64,000 nt of DNA from Nitrospirota bacterium (GTDB lineage Bacteria > Nitrospirota > UBA9217): NCBI GenBank assembly GCA_963845065.1, contig CAWJQQ010000009.1, positions 544,001 to 608,000 of the forward strand. Reading direction: 5' to 3'. The notes beneath the pieces are model-generated. The model made no database searches. It was given only the letters and a program-made list of their open reading frames with translations, and was not told the DNA's origin. Of this stretch, positions 21,330 to 30,322 are shown piece by piece (positions within the stretch are counted from its first letter, which is position 1; the number at the start of each line of letters is the position of its first letter). Both the position numbers and the translations under genes were made by a program.

Positions 21330-21771
21330 GTATTATGCCCCTCACCGGCCCTTTTTTAGCGTTTTTCTGATCGGGTGCTCAGGCGTGCGGCCTGTGAATC
21401 TCGGTATAAAGGATGGGCACTTAGCCCCATGTCCGGAAACACCGAACTGTGTGTCCAGCCAGTGTATGGACTAGGATCATTTTGTTGCACCGCACCCGTT
21501 TTCATCGTCTACTTCCGAGGCCAAGGCCGACCTCAAAAAGATCATCTTCCAGATGGAAAGAACAAAAATTGTTAATGAGACTGACCATTATCTCGCTGTT
21601 GAATTCACCAGCGCGATGTGGCGGTTTGTCGACGATGCAGAGTTCTTACTCGACGATACAGCGAGAGCAATTCATGTCCGCTCCGCATCCCGTATGGGCA
21701 GGTATGATCTTGGAGAAAACCGGAAACGGATCGAGATGATCAGAGCTGTATGGAACTTACGTGGAAAATGA
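21330..21771 (+). pseudogene. DUF1499-family lipoprotein interrupted by TAG at 21472-21474; start degraded
   Basis: In frame with the 21553 ORF: LIGCSGVRPVNLGIKDGHLAPCPETPNCVSSQCMD*DHFVAP...FVDDAEF...IHVRSASRMGRYDLGENRKRIE. Confidence 0.82.
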
Positions 21772-21774
21772 GCC

Positions 21775-22482
21775 ATGACGGAAAGTGACCCAATGGAACG
21801 CAGTCCGACGTTATCAATTGTCCTGCCTGTTTTCAATGAAGCAGAAAAAATCAATGAGATAATTGCACATTTGCGCCAGGAGGCTACTGAAGGGGTTGAA
21901 ATAATTCTCGTGGATGGAGATGAGGCCGGGAGCACAATCAATGACGTAATTGATGGAAAAGTCCTGAAGCTGATGACGTCACGGGGCCGCGGCTGCCAGA
22001 TGAACGTCGGCGCGACGAGAGCAAAGGGCGATGTTATCCTGTTTCTCCATGCCGATACTATGCTTCCCCGAAACGCATTCGCTTTGATTCGGGCAGCTGT
22101 GACGAAGAAGGGTGTAGTTGCCGGTGCATTTGATCTCGGTTTCGACACAAAACGAAGGATTTTTGCTATCACTGAACTGTACGTTGCCCTTCGAACTCGC
22201 CTGACAAGAGTCCCCTTCGGGGATCAGGCCATTTTTATCAAACGCGATTATTTCGAGCGTATCGGTGGATACCTGGATACCCCGCTTATGGAAGACGTGG
22301 AGCTGATGAAGCGCATTCGGAAACGTGGTGATTCCATCGTGATCATACCGCAAAAGGTGCGGACTTCGCCGCGTCGGTACGAACGAGGCGGGGTCCTGTA
22401 CTGCACTTTCAGGAATTTGGCGTTACAAATCCTCTATACGTGGGGCGTATCGCCTGAACGGTTAGTGAAGTGGTATCGTTAG
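21775..22482 (+). CDS. GT2 glycosyltransferase, TIGR04283-like (rSAM/selenodomain-associated transferase 2)
   Basis: SIVLPVFNE, GRGCQMNVGA, LFLHADT, PFGDQAIF, PLMEDVEL, TSPRRY. Confidence 0.88.
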   Translation: MTESDPMERSPTLSIVLPVFNEAEKINEIIAHLRQEATEGVEIILVDGDEAGSTINDVIDGKVLKLMTSRGRGCQMNVGATRAKGDVILFLHADTMLPRNAFALIRAAVTKKGVVAGAFDLGFDTKRRIFAITELYVALRTRLTRVPFGDQAIFIKRDYFERIGGYLDTPLMEDVELMKRIRKRGDSIVIIPQKVRTSPRRYERGGVLYCTFRNLALQILYTWGVSPERLVKWYR

Positions 22483-22736
22483 GCCCGAACTATCTCAGCG
22501 AACTACAAGTTGCACATTACTATTGTATGTCCTGTTTATTTAATTTACCAGGCAAGAAATCGCTGTCTTATGCGTTCTGTCTATCAAAAAGTACTTCAGC
22601 TAATCTTGGCAATATGTTATATTGCCAAAATTAGCTCACTCTGACTTGATGAGCGGCGATGTATTGTAGTACACTAAAGATTATGCGCGGAGATTGCAGG
22701 AAGACCTGTACAGCAAGGATTATAACCATCTCGATT

Positions 22737-23531
22737 ATGGCGTCCTTATATCCGAAAAACCAAAAACCAACAGATACAGTGGTAGACCTGATCCGAAGCA
22801 CACCGCCGCTTCCCTTGACAAAACTAGCCGTCAATCTGAAATGGCGGAAGAGGGTCTCTGACAAGCTGGAGAGGCATTACCCCGGGGTTGGTCGGTAAAG
22901 GATCCCGCGCGGCCTTCAACATGCTACACGATGCCGAGAAAATAAGACTTCTGTCTTATGGCAAAATCACCCTTAATGCTAAGTAGGGTAACACCGACAT
23001 CGCTTATGCTATGATCGGGACGGTCAAAGTGTACAGGCAAAGATCGCGCTCTCCGAAAACGCCAACGTCGAGTGTTAGAAGATAATGACCGCATTCGGAG
23101 CTGAACTCGTCTTCCCCAGTCCCTTCGAGGGCGCAGACGGAACAGTCCGCTCGGTCAAAAAAAAATATTGAGTGAAGACCCGGAACGCTATTACCAGCCG
23201 GATTAGTACAACAACCCATCCAATTAGAAAGCCCATAATCGGACAACCGGCCCTGAGATCATCGCCCAAGAGGGTTTGAAGTATCTCGGGGAAGGTGCTA
23301 TTGTACCCGGGATCTTCGACATGGGCTTTTCCGATGAACGGCTGTTTGTAAGCACCGAATCTGCAAATGACATGGCAAAAAGGCTGGCCCGAGAAGAGTG
23401 CATGTTTGTGGACCACTCAAGCGGTGCAGCACTTGCACCAGCGTTCGCGATAGCCGGGAATCTCGAAGAAGGCACCATTGTAACCATGTTCCCGGCCAGG
23501 GGGGCCGCTATTAGAGCATGGAGGTTAAGCA
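22737..23531 (+). pseudogene. cysM: PLP-dependent cysteine synthase (CysM-like) with several frameshifts, stops and a deletion
   Basis: Fragments DLIRSTP..L; KLE..PG..VKD.RAAFNMLHDAE; GNTDIAYAMIG; AFGAELVF; D*YNNPSN; EGLKYL..AIVPGIFD; LAREE.MFV.HSSGAAL; GTIVTMFP. Confidence 0.85.
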
Positions 23532-23981
23532 ATGTTATTTTCCCAGCAAAGTGTCGCTGCCATGAACAGGCAGGCTATGGCGGAATATCCGTCAGAATGT
23601 TGCGGTATCGTGACCGGCAGGGCAGACGTCCAGCACATTCATCCTCTTGTGAACATTCAGGAGCGCCTGCATGCCGAAGATCCCCAAACTCATCCACGGG
23701 ACAGCAGGAGCGCCTATGCTGTGGACAGGAACGAGGTAGAACGAATTATCCATGAGTCTGCACGTGCCAACGAGACCGTCCTAGCCTTTTACCATTCCCA
23801 TATCGATTGTGATGCTTATTTTTCCCAGATGGACAAAGAGGTCCAGACGGTCTTTGGCGAGCCGGAGTTCCCGGATGCAGTTCACGTGGTCGTTGCACTA
23901 CGAGAAGGAAAAATTCACGAGATGAAAGGTTATATTTGGGATAGCACCAAGCAAGATTTTGTCAACGTAGAAGTGTTCTGA
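23532..23981 (+). CDS. M67/JAMM metallopeptidase (Mec-like sulfur-carrier peptidase)
   Basis: EYPSECCG and FYHSHIDCDAYFSQMD JAMM motif; directly behind the cysM remnant. Confidence 0.88.
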   Translation: MLFSQQSVAAMNRQAMAEYPSECCGIVTGRADVQHIHPLVNIQERLHAEDPQTHPRDSRSAYAVDRNEVERIIHESARANETVLAFYHSHIDCDAYFSQMDKEVQTVFGEPEFPDAVHVVVALREGKIHEMKGYIWDSTKQDFVNVEVF

Positions 23982-24369
23982 CCTTGACCTACCCCTTGTC
24001 TGACAGGCAGTCCTATAATAGCTTTTTTTGTGGCTTTTGGCCTCGTATCTATTTGAATTTACATTAGCCAAATTATCAAAATTCGAATTTTCGGACAGTT
24101 TGCTGAAGGCAGAGGGGCTAACGGTAGTACTGGCAAGCGCTTCGGCAACATAATTTTTAAATATCAATCTTGATTGTCGTTGATCCTTCTTTAACGGGCA
24201 AGTAACTCTGTGTCAGGACCGCAGGCCAAAGCCGATAAATGAAACCTTATCATTCGTCGCTTGATATTGCAATCTCGACATCGCCCGTTCTAGGAACAGG
24301 CAAAGCTGTCCAAGTTAAAACCTATTTTGGACAGGAGTTAGATATTTGTTAACTATTCGGGTTCAGCGT

Positions 24370-24443
24370 TATCATCCCACAGCTAAAGCATGTGGGTTTC
24401 CTGCGCTGTTTTCTGCAAGATCATTAGAAAACAGCGCAGGAAA
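24370..24443. repeat. IS200/IS605-end-like hairpin plus perfect 18-bp inverted repeat
   Basis: CCCACA-GCTAAAGCA-TGTGGG, then TTTCCTGCGCTGTTTTCT (24397-24414) and AGAAAACAGCGCAGGAAA (24426-24443). Confidence 0.75.
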
Positions 24444-24620
24444 GTAGACTGTCGAATGTGGTTAAAATACAGGAACTGCGAAAGAGGGGTGTGGTATAAG
24501 CTATGCCGGAGGCCTTATTTGTGATATCCTTTATACATGCTGTTGATCGAACACTTCCGAACGCTACATGATTTCTGTGCTTGACTGCATTGAAGTAATG
24601 TCCTGTTGAGTGTATTTACT

Positions 24621-25580
24621 ATGGACAAAGTTATACCGTTTCTGATACAACACGGCTACCCAACACTTTTTTTGTGGGTTTTGGCCGAAATAATGGGGCT
24701 CCCGATACCGAGTTTTCCCGTCCTCATAATAATGGGGGCATTGGCTGGCTTAGGACAACGAAACTTGTTCCTTTGCATCGGTTTGGGGGTCTGTGCTGCA
24801 TTACTGGGTGACGTCTTTTGGTACACATTCGGCCGTTACCGTGGAAGGAAGGTGCTGTCCCTTTTATGCCGTATTTCGTTCGAACCAGATTCCTGCGTCC
24901 GTCGAACCGAAAATATTTTTGCACGATACGGCGTTCGATCCTTTCTTGTTACGAAAATTATTCCAGGACTAAATGCCATTGCGACGTCGCTTGCGGGCGT
25001 CATCCACCTGCCCCTCAAGCGATTCTTTATTTTTGACATTCCGGGGGTACTCATTTGGGTCAGTGGATATACTCTCATCGGCTATCTTATAAGCGAAGAA
25101 CTTGATCGTGCCTTGTATTTTGGCGCGGGAATTGGGAAAATACTCTTCCTATTCGTGTTCTGCGGGCTGATGGTATATGTCATTAGGAAATTCATTGTGA
25201 GGCAACGGTTGTTGAAACAACTCGCGATCGAACACATTACCCCGGAAGAGCTGAAACAGAGAATTGACGCCGGTGAGCATATTGTAATTATCGATGTGCG
25301 CCACGCCTCCGACATAGAAGCTGACCCTTATGGTATCCCCGGCGCTATCCACATCTCCTCTGTCGCGACTGAGAGTCATCCTGCATTATTAGGAGATGGC
25401 GAAATAGTCACCTATTGCACTTGACCAAGTGAGGCCTCCAGCGCCCGTGCGGCGCTGAACTTAATTCTGCGAGGTATGAAACGTATACGACCGTTGTCAG
25501 GCGGTTTTGACGCTTGGCGCGACAGGGGCTATCCTGTTGAACAGGTGATCAATGAGAGACCGGTGAAAGAAAAGGATTAA
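24621..25580 (+). CDS. DedA/VTT membrane domain-rhodanese fusion, probable selenoprotein (TGA 25422-25424 = Sec)
   Basis: The ORF stops inside the rhodanese active-site loop (VTYCT-TGA). The same frame continues 51 codons as PSEASSARAALNLILRGMKRIRPLSGGFDAWRDRGYPVE... to TAA at 25578-25580, completing the domain. SECIS-like hairpin follows. Confidence 0.85.
25439..25457 (+). promoter_or_regulatory. Candidate bacterial SECIS element
   Basis: CAGCGCC-cgtgc-GGCGCTG; loop starts 21 nt after the UGA, with G at loop position 2. Confidence 0.65.
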
Positions 25581-25715
25581 AAAATATATTTTCAAGAAAA
25601 CTAAAAAGTCGATTGCAGGTCTATAATACATTCCGTACTAATGGTTTGTACGCAGATGGACGAAACTCTAGCTTTATGGAAAAAGACCGGGCTCTCATTA
25701 CAAAGGCAGTGAAAA

Positions 25716-25988
25716 ATGCCAGACTATGGAACTCATAACTACGCAAATATTAGCAGAACAAAAGTCTATGCATTGCTCGACAAAGTGATCGCTCATGGTT
25801 CTCACGTTACAGGTAATAACCCGTGGATCATCGATGCAAAAGAGCATGGCGTCCTACTAAAATGCGCATGGAATGAGGAAACTCTGACCCTTGAAATTAC
25901 GGTCACAGACGCTAACTGGTATGTTACACGCAAGGCAGTTTGGCAACATATTGAATCACTGATGTGCCACACCCAAGATGCAGGATAA
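25716..25988 (+). CDS. Hypothetical protein
   Basis: 90-aa ORF with plausible RBS and globular composition; no family recognised. Confidence 0.6.
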   Translation: MPDYGTHNYANISRTKVYALLDKVIAHGSHVTGNNPWIIDAKEHGVLLKCAWNEETLTLEITVTDANWYVTRKAVWQHIESLMCHTQDAG

Positions 25989-26251
25989 GGTGACTTCTCT
26001 CTTTCAATCAACGCCCTAGTTTCATGGGCATGCTTCATTAATGTGGCGTCCCAATTCCGTAAAAGCGTTGCTTCAATTAAACGGACGGCGCTGGTTTTTT
26101 TTCAGATGAGAAACAGAATTTTCAGAATGTGGCAGAATGAACAAATAAGTATCTTTATTATTCCTTGAAGACATATGGTATGAAACCACTCTTAGGTCGA
26201 AGCTCGAGACTATGAACGAAGCAGACATTACCGGAGAGCATTCGGCGGCTT

Positions 26252-26971
26252 ATGTGGAGTATTTCGATAGAAGATATGACTAATATTCGGTGTGTGATCC
26301 TATTTGTGAAGCTTCCAGAACCAGGGAAAGTGAAGTCCCGTCTCGCTCAAGATATTGACGGAGATATCGTCCAGCGCCTTTATGAGTGTATGGTCTTGGA
26401 TGCGATAGATATTCTCGAACAAGCAGATGCGCCGTTTCGCATTTGTTTTGACCCGCCTGATGCGGAGGAACGTATGCGGCAGTGGCTCGGGCAGGCTTAT
26501 TCATACATGCCGCAAACCGGCGAGGACCTTGGCGCGCGGATGGAACAGGCATTCATCCACGTGTTTTCAGAAGGAGTGGACAATGCCCTTCTCATTGGGA
26601 GCGACATACCTTCTTTAACAGCCGCCATTATTGATGATGCCTTCCGATCCTTTTCAGCCTGCGATGCGGTCATCGGTCCTGCTAACGACGGGGGTTATTA
26701 TTTGATTGGCTTCAAAAAGCGAACCTTCAAGCCGGGGATTTTTCACGCTATAACGTGGAGTACGAAGATGGTATTTGGCGAAACCCTCGGGAGACTGGAG
26801 AAGGCACTGCTTACTGTGCACCGACTGCCGGAGCTTAGGGATATCGATACGCAGGAGGATTTGGAAGCTTTTCTGTCCCGTGCACACCATATAGAACCAG
26901 GAACATCGAGAACCCTCTTCTTTCTCAGTAAACATCGTCAAGCGCTGTTTATGAGGAATAAAACCTTCTAA
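26252..26971 (+). CDS. TIGR04282/DUF2064-like transferase (rSAM/selenodomain-associated transferase 1, CofC-like); start may be 26276
   Basis: FVKLPEPGKVKSRLA, QTGEDLGARM, IGSDIP, GPANDGGYYLIG, DIDTQEDL. Confidence 0.9.
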   Translation: MWSISIEDMTNIRCVILFVKLPEPGKVKSRLAQDIDGDIVQRLYECMVLDAIDILEQADAPFRICFDPPDAEERMRQWLGQAYSYMPQTGEDLGARMEQAFIHVFSEGVDNALLIGSDIPSLTAAIIDDAFRSFSACDAVIGPANDGGYYLIGFKKRTFKPGIFHAITWSTKMVFGETLGRLEKALLTVHRLPELRDIDTQEDLEAFLSRAHHIEPGTSRTLFFLSKHRQALFMRNKTF

Positions 26972-27038
26972 CCACGGAAACGATCAGGCTCAAAAGCCGG
27001 GTTTGCAAATCGTCTGTCTTTGTGCCACACTACTCAGT

Positions 27039-27725
27039 ATGAGCAAACAGAAAAAAAGAGTCATCCTCCTTGTGTGCTTCATTGCGGTGATCGTCATTGT
27101 CCGATCTTCTCCACTTGGTGGACTGTTCACCTTTGAGAATCTGCAACAGCACCGCGAATCACTGCTCCTCTTTGTGAAGGACCATTACTGGCTATCTGTT
27201 CTCTCATATATTTGTCTCTATATACTTGTCGCCTCACTGTCTCTTCCGGGCGCTGCAGTTTTGACCCTGGCAGGCGGATTCCTTTTCGGCACATCGGCAA
27301 GCACGCTGTACGTGAACATTGGGGCCACAACAGGAGCATCATTCGCTTTTCTGGTTGCCCGCTATCTCCTGGGGAACAGGCTGCAGGAAAAATATCAGGG
27401 CCAGCTCAGCAAATTCAACACTGAGATCGAGCGGAGCGGCAAAAGCTATCTTTTGACGCTTCGTTTTATTCCCGTTTTCCCTTTTTTCCTTATTAATTTT
27501 CTTGCAGGGCTTACCGCGATACCGTTCTGGACGTTCATTTGGACTACGTCCATCGGCATCATACCGGGTACGGCCGTATATGCCTTTGCAGGACAGCAGA
27601 TCGGTTCGCTCAACTCGCTGTCGGAGATTCTTTCTAAAAGAATTATCGCCGTTTTTGTCGTCCTGGCGCTTTTTGCTCTTGTTCCGGTGATCGTGAAGCG
27701 AATCACAGGTAGAAAGAATCCCTAA
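27039..27725 (+). CDS. TVP38/TMEM64 (DedA superfamily) membrane protein
   Basis: LSLPGAAVLTLAGGFLFG, GATTGA..AF..ARY, LRFIPVFPFFLIN, GIIPGT. Confidence 0.92.
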   Translation: MSKQKKRVILLVCFIAVIVIVRSSPLGGLFTFENLQQHRESLLLFVKDHYWLSVLSYICLYILVASLSLPGAAVLTLAGGFLFGTSASTLYVNIGATTGASFAFLVARYLLGNRLQEKYQGQLSKFNTEIERSGKSYLLTLRFIPVFPFFLINFLAGLTAIPFWTFIWTTSIGIIPGTAVYAFAGQQIGSLNSLSEILSKRIIAVFVVLALFALVPVIVKRITGRKNP

Positions 27726-27755
27726 TCTTATTCACTAATATGCCGGGAGGGCCAC

Positions 27756-28391
27756 ATGGACACCAAAAAAAAGGTCACGGTGATTTTGAAGCGATTAAAA
27801 AAAGAATATGCCGGAACGCCGCAGACGGCATTAACCTTCTCGACTCCCTTCCAGCTTCTTGTCGCGACTATTCTCTCGGCGCAGACGACAGATGTGCAGG
27901 TGAACAAGGTGACGGCGAAGCTCTTCAGGAAATATCCCACTATCGAACATTTCTCGGGTACGACTCCAGATCAACTGGCAAAGGACGTTGCATCGGTTAA
28001 CTTTTACAGAAACAAGGCTAAGAACATCAATAACATGGCCAAGATGGTGCTCAAGGATTTCGGAGGGATGATTCCCCGGACCATGGAAGAGCTGGTAACT
28101 CTGCCCGGCGTAGCGCGGAAAACCGCGAACATTGTTCTATCGAGCGCGTTTGGCATCAATCAGGGCATCGCTGTTGATACGCATGTGAAACGTCTTTCAC
28201 AGCGTCTTGGTTTGACGACGCATGATGACCCGGTAAAGATCGAGAACGATCTCATAATGGCTACGCAGCGGAAAGAGTGGGGGAACCTGTCCCACCTGCT
28301 GATCTTTCACGGCAGAAAAATCTGTCAAGCAAGAAAACCAAATCACACCGAATGTACTCTGTACGACATCTGTCCCTCCAGGGGCATCTGA
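27756..28391 (+). CDS. nth: Endonuclease III
   Basis: LLVATILSAQTTD, LPGVARKTAN, AVDTHVKR. The Fe-S motif reads CQARKPNHTECTLYDIC, with His at the second Cys position. Confidence 0.95.
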   Translation: MDTKKKVTVILKRLKKEYAGTPQTALTFSTPFQLLVATILSAQTTDVQVNKVTAKLFRKYPTIEHFSGTTPDQLAKDVASVNFYRNKAKNINNMAKMVLKDFGGMIPRTMEELVTLPGVARKTANIVLSSAFGINQGIAVDTHVKRLSQRLGLTTHDDPVKIENDLIMATQRKEWGNLSHLLIFHGRKICQARKPNHTECTLYDICPSRGI

Positions 28392-28501
28392 ATGCGTCCC
28401 AATAAAATCCGTTGTTTTCCGGTTTATATCTATGCTAAAATAGCCGCCATTATTACGATACCCCCGCCTCATTGGTTCTTCCGCAGAGAGGATTACACTG
28501 C

Positions 28502-29413
28502 ATGAAGAAGATGCTCATCCATTCCCTGCTTTTGACTGCATTGGCCGTATTTGCGCTTCTGCTTATGGGAGCAGGCAGCGAGATGACAAACGGCGTTAAC
28601 TCCGGCATGAATAACAGCTTGTCAAGCCGAGTGACGAACAGCATGACTTCCACTGTAACCACCAGCATAACTACCAGCATTACCACCAGCGTGACCACCA
28701 GCATAGGTAGCATAGAGACAACCAGCATTGTAAGCAGGGTGACGGGCAGCCATTTAAAGAGCTGCCTCACAAGCAGCACAACGAATAGTCACTTCTCCTG
28801 TGTGGCCCGTGGCGCAATCGGCAAGCAAATCCTTCTCTCACCCTATGCCGAGGAAGTCGCCAGGATCATCAAATTCGAGCGACAAATCCTCATAATCGTG
28901 GAGGAGATAACCCATGACCGCATCGGACGGCTTATCGGCTTCGATGAGGAGGGATACCAGATCATTGCACCCGGTATCGTAGTTTCCGTGCCGGAGGATA
29001 AGGCAGACAACATTCTTGTGGCGCTCCGTCACAGATTACAGCCTCTTCATTATATGGCATTTGTTGTGGAAATGAACAGCGCACTCAAGGTCTATAAGAT
29101 TGGTGTTTTGAAGGGTACCGACCAGTACGAAATACTTCGCATTATGCACACCGATGGAGATGATTATGACATATCCAATCAGGACGTAATTGACTGGCTG
29201 AAAGAGTTAGAGAAAAAGGCGCCTTTTGATATTATCGGTGCAGACAGCGACTGGGTTGAGATCCAGTTTAAAACAGTGCCGCATGACCTGAAAACGATCG
29301 TCAAGGAGGTGTACGACTTTTGCCCCGATGCTGTTGAACAGGGCCCGGGTTCAGTCGACGAACTCGTCAATGAGATCAGAAAAACGAAACGTCTTCTCCT
29401 GTTGTGGGATTAG
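28502..29413 (+). CDS. Exported DUF4253-domain protein with Thr/Ser-rich linker
   Basis: Signal peptide; C-terminal FDIIGADSDWVEIQF...YDFCPDAVEQG..SVDEL...LLLWD. Confidence 0.75.
   Translation: MKKMLIHSLLLTALAVFALLLMGAGSEMTNGVNSGMNNSLSSRVTNSMTSTVTTSITTSITTSVTTSIGSIETTSIVSRVTGSHLKSCLTSSTTNSHFSCVARGAIGKQILLSPYAEEVARIIKFERQILIIVEEITHDRIGRLIGFDEEGYQIIAPGIVVSVPEDKADNILVALRHRLQPLHYMAFVVEMNSALKVYKIGVLKGTDQYEILRIMHTDGDDYDISNQDVIDWLKELEKKAPFDIIGADSDWVEIQFKTVPHDLKTIVKEVYDFCPDAVEQGPGSVDELVNEIRKTKRLLLLWD
28620..28735 (+). repeat. Degenerate 12-nt coding tandem repeat (T-T-S-I/V)
   Basis: ACCAGCATAACT ACCAGCATTACC ACCAGCGTGACC ACCAGCATAGGT... Confidence 0.8.
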
Positions 29414-29444
29414 CATCCTTTGTGCCGGTTCATTGTAATATAGC

Positions 29445-29479
29445 AAAAAAAAGCAGGCGGGATTCCGCCTGCTTTAAAA
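29445..29479. terminator. Intrinsic terminator between convergent genes, probably bidirectional
   Basis: A-tract, AAAGCAGGCGG-gatt-CCGCCTGCTTT. Confidence 0.85.
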
Positions 29480-29539
29480 CAATTCATCCAAGATAACATG
29501 TTTTCCCGCTGAGAATAATGAAATAGCGGTATAGTGAAA

Positions 29540-29779
29540 CTACTTGCCTGCCGGTGCTGCTGGTGCTGCTGCTGGAGCCGCTGCCGGAGCTGCCTTCTTC
29601 ATCTTCTTCTTCTTCATCGTCTTCTTCTTTACAGTCTTCTTCTTCATCTTCTTTGCCGGGGCCTTCTGCTCCATCTTCTCAGGAGCTGCCGCCGGTGCCG
29701 TTGCGTTCTCCTCCGCGAATGCTAGACCGAGGGTGAGAGCAAACGTCATTGCTGTGAAAAGAGCAATAATCTTTTTCAT
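29540..29779 (-). CDS. Small secreted Lys/Ala/Pro-rich disordered protein (Asr-like composition)
   Basis: AAGGAGGTG RBS, signal peptide ending AFA, then KKMKKKTVKKK and APAAAP repeats. Confidence 0.85.
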   Translation of the reverse strand: MKKIIALFTAMTFALTLGLAFAEENATAPAAAPEKMEQKAPAKKMKKKTVKKKTMKKKKMKKAAPAAAPAAAPAAPAGK

Positions 29780-30115
29780 TCAGATTCACCTCCTTCCGTT
29801 TTACGATTAAGTAATGTAGCAGATTGGACAATTGTTGTCAAGCGTAAAGAATGAGCGAATTGATTCAAAATGAATATTACCCAAGTTAATTTTGAATTAT
29901 TTCATTGAATCATAATTCATGTTACCGGAACGATACTGCTGAATATCTTGGCATTACAAGGCAGACACTCATTTACCGGATGGAATAATCGGGCTCAAAC
30001 TACAGAATGTATCATGTTGATCCAAAATGGATCAGGCCACTGTTTCTGCCTTGACAAATGGTGTATTATATAATGAGTATCATGGGTCGCATCGTATATC
30101 GTATAAGGAGGAAAT

Positions 30116-30322
30116 ATGGCGACAAAGACGCTTAAGATCCAGGGAATGACGTGCAATCACTGCGTGATGCGCGTGACAAAGGCTTTGAAGGCAGTTCCCG
30201 GTGTGCGGGATACGAAAGTCGATTTACAGAAAGCGGAGGCAGCGGTTACCTTTGACGAATCGAAAGTGGCACCAGACAAGCTGACCGCCGCCGTCGTTGA
30301 TGCGGGATACAAGGTCGTTTAA
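30116..30322 (+). CDS. copZ: Copper chaperone CopZ (HMA domain)
   Basis: GMTCNHC, DAGYKV; AAGGAGG RBS. Confidence 0.92.
   Translation: MATKTLKIQGMTCNHCVMRVTKALKAVPGVRDTKVDLQKAEAAVTFDESKVAPDKLTAAVVDAGYKVV

Noticed and set aside
21472..21474. In-frame TAG (also 35990 and several in cysM) as pyrrolysine or amber recoding
   Set aside because: Several TAGs fall at W/Q/S positions one mutation from sense codons, in genes that also have frameshifts or lost starts. TAG is a normal stop for many intact genes here.
28620..28735. CRISPR-like repeats
   Set aside because: 12-nt in-frame coding repeats without unique spacers; no cas genes.
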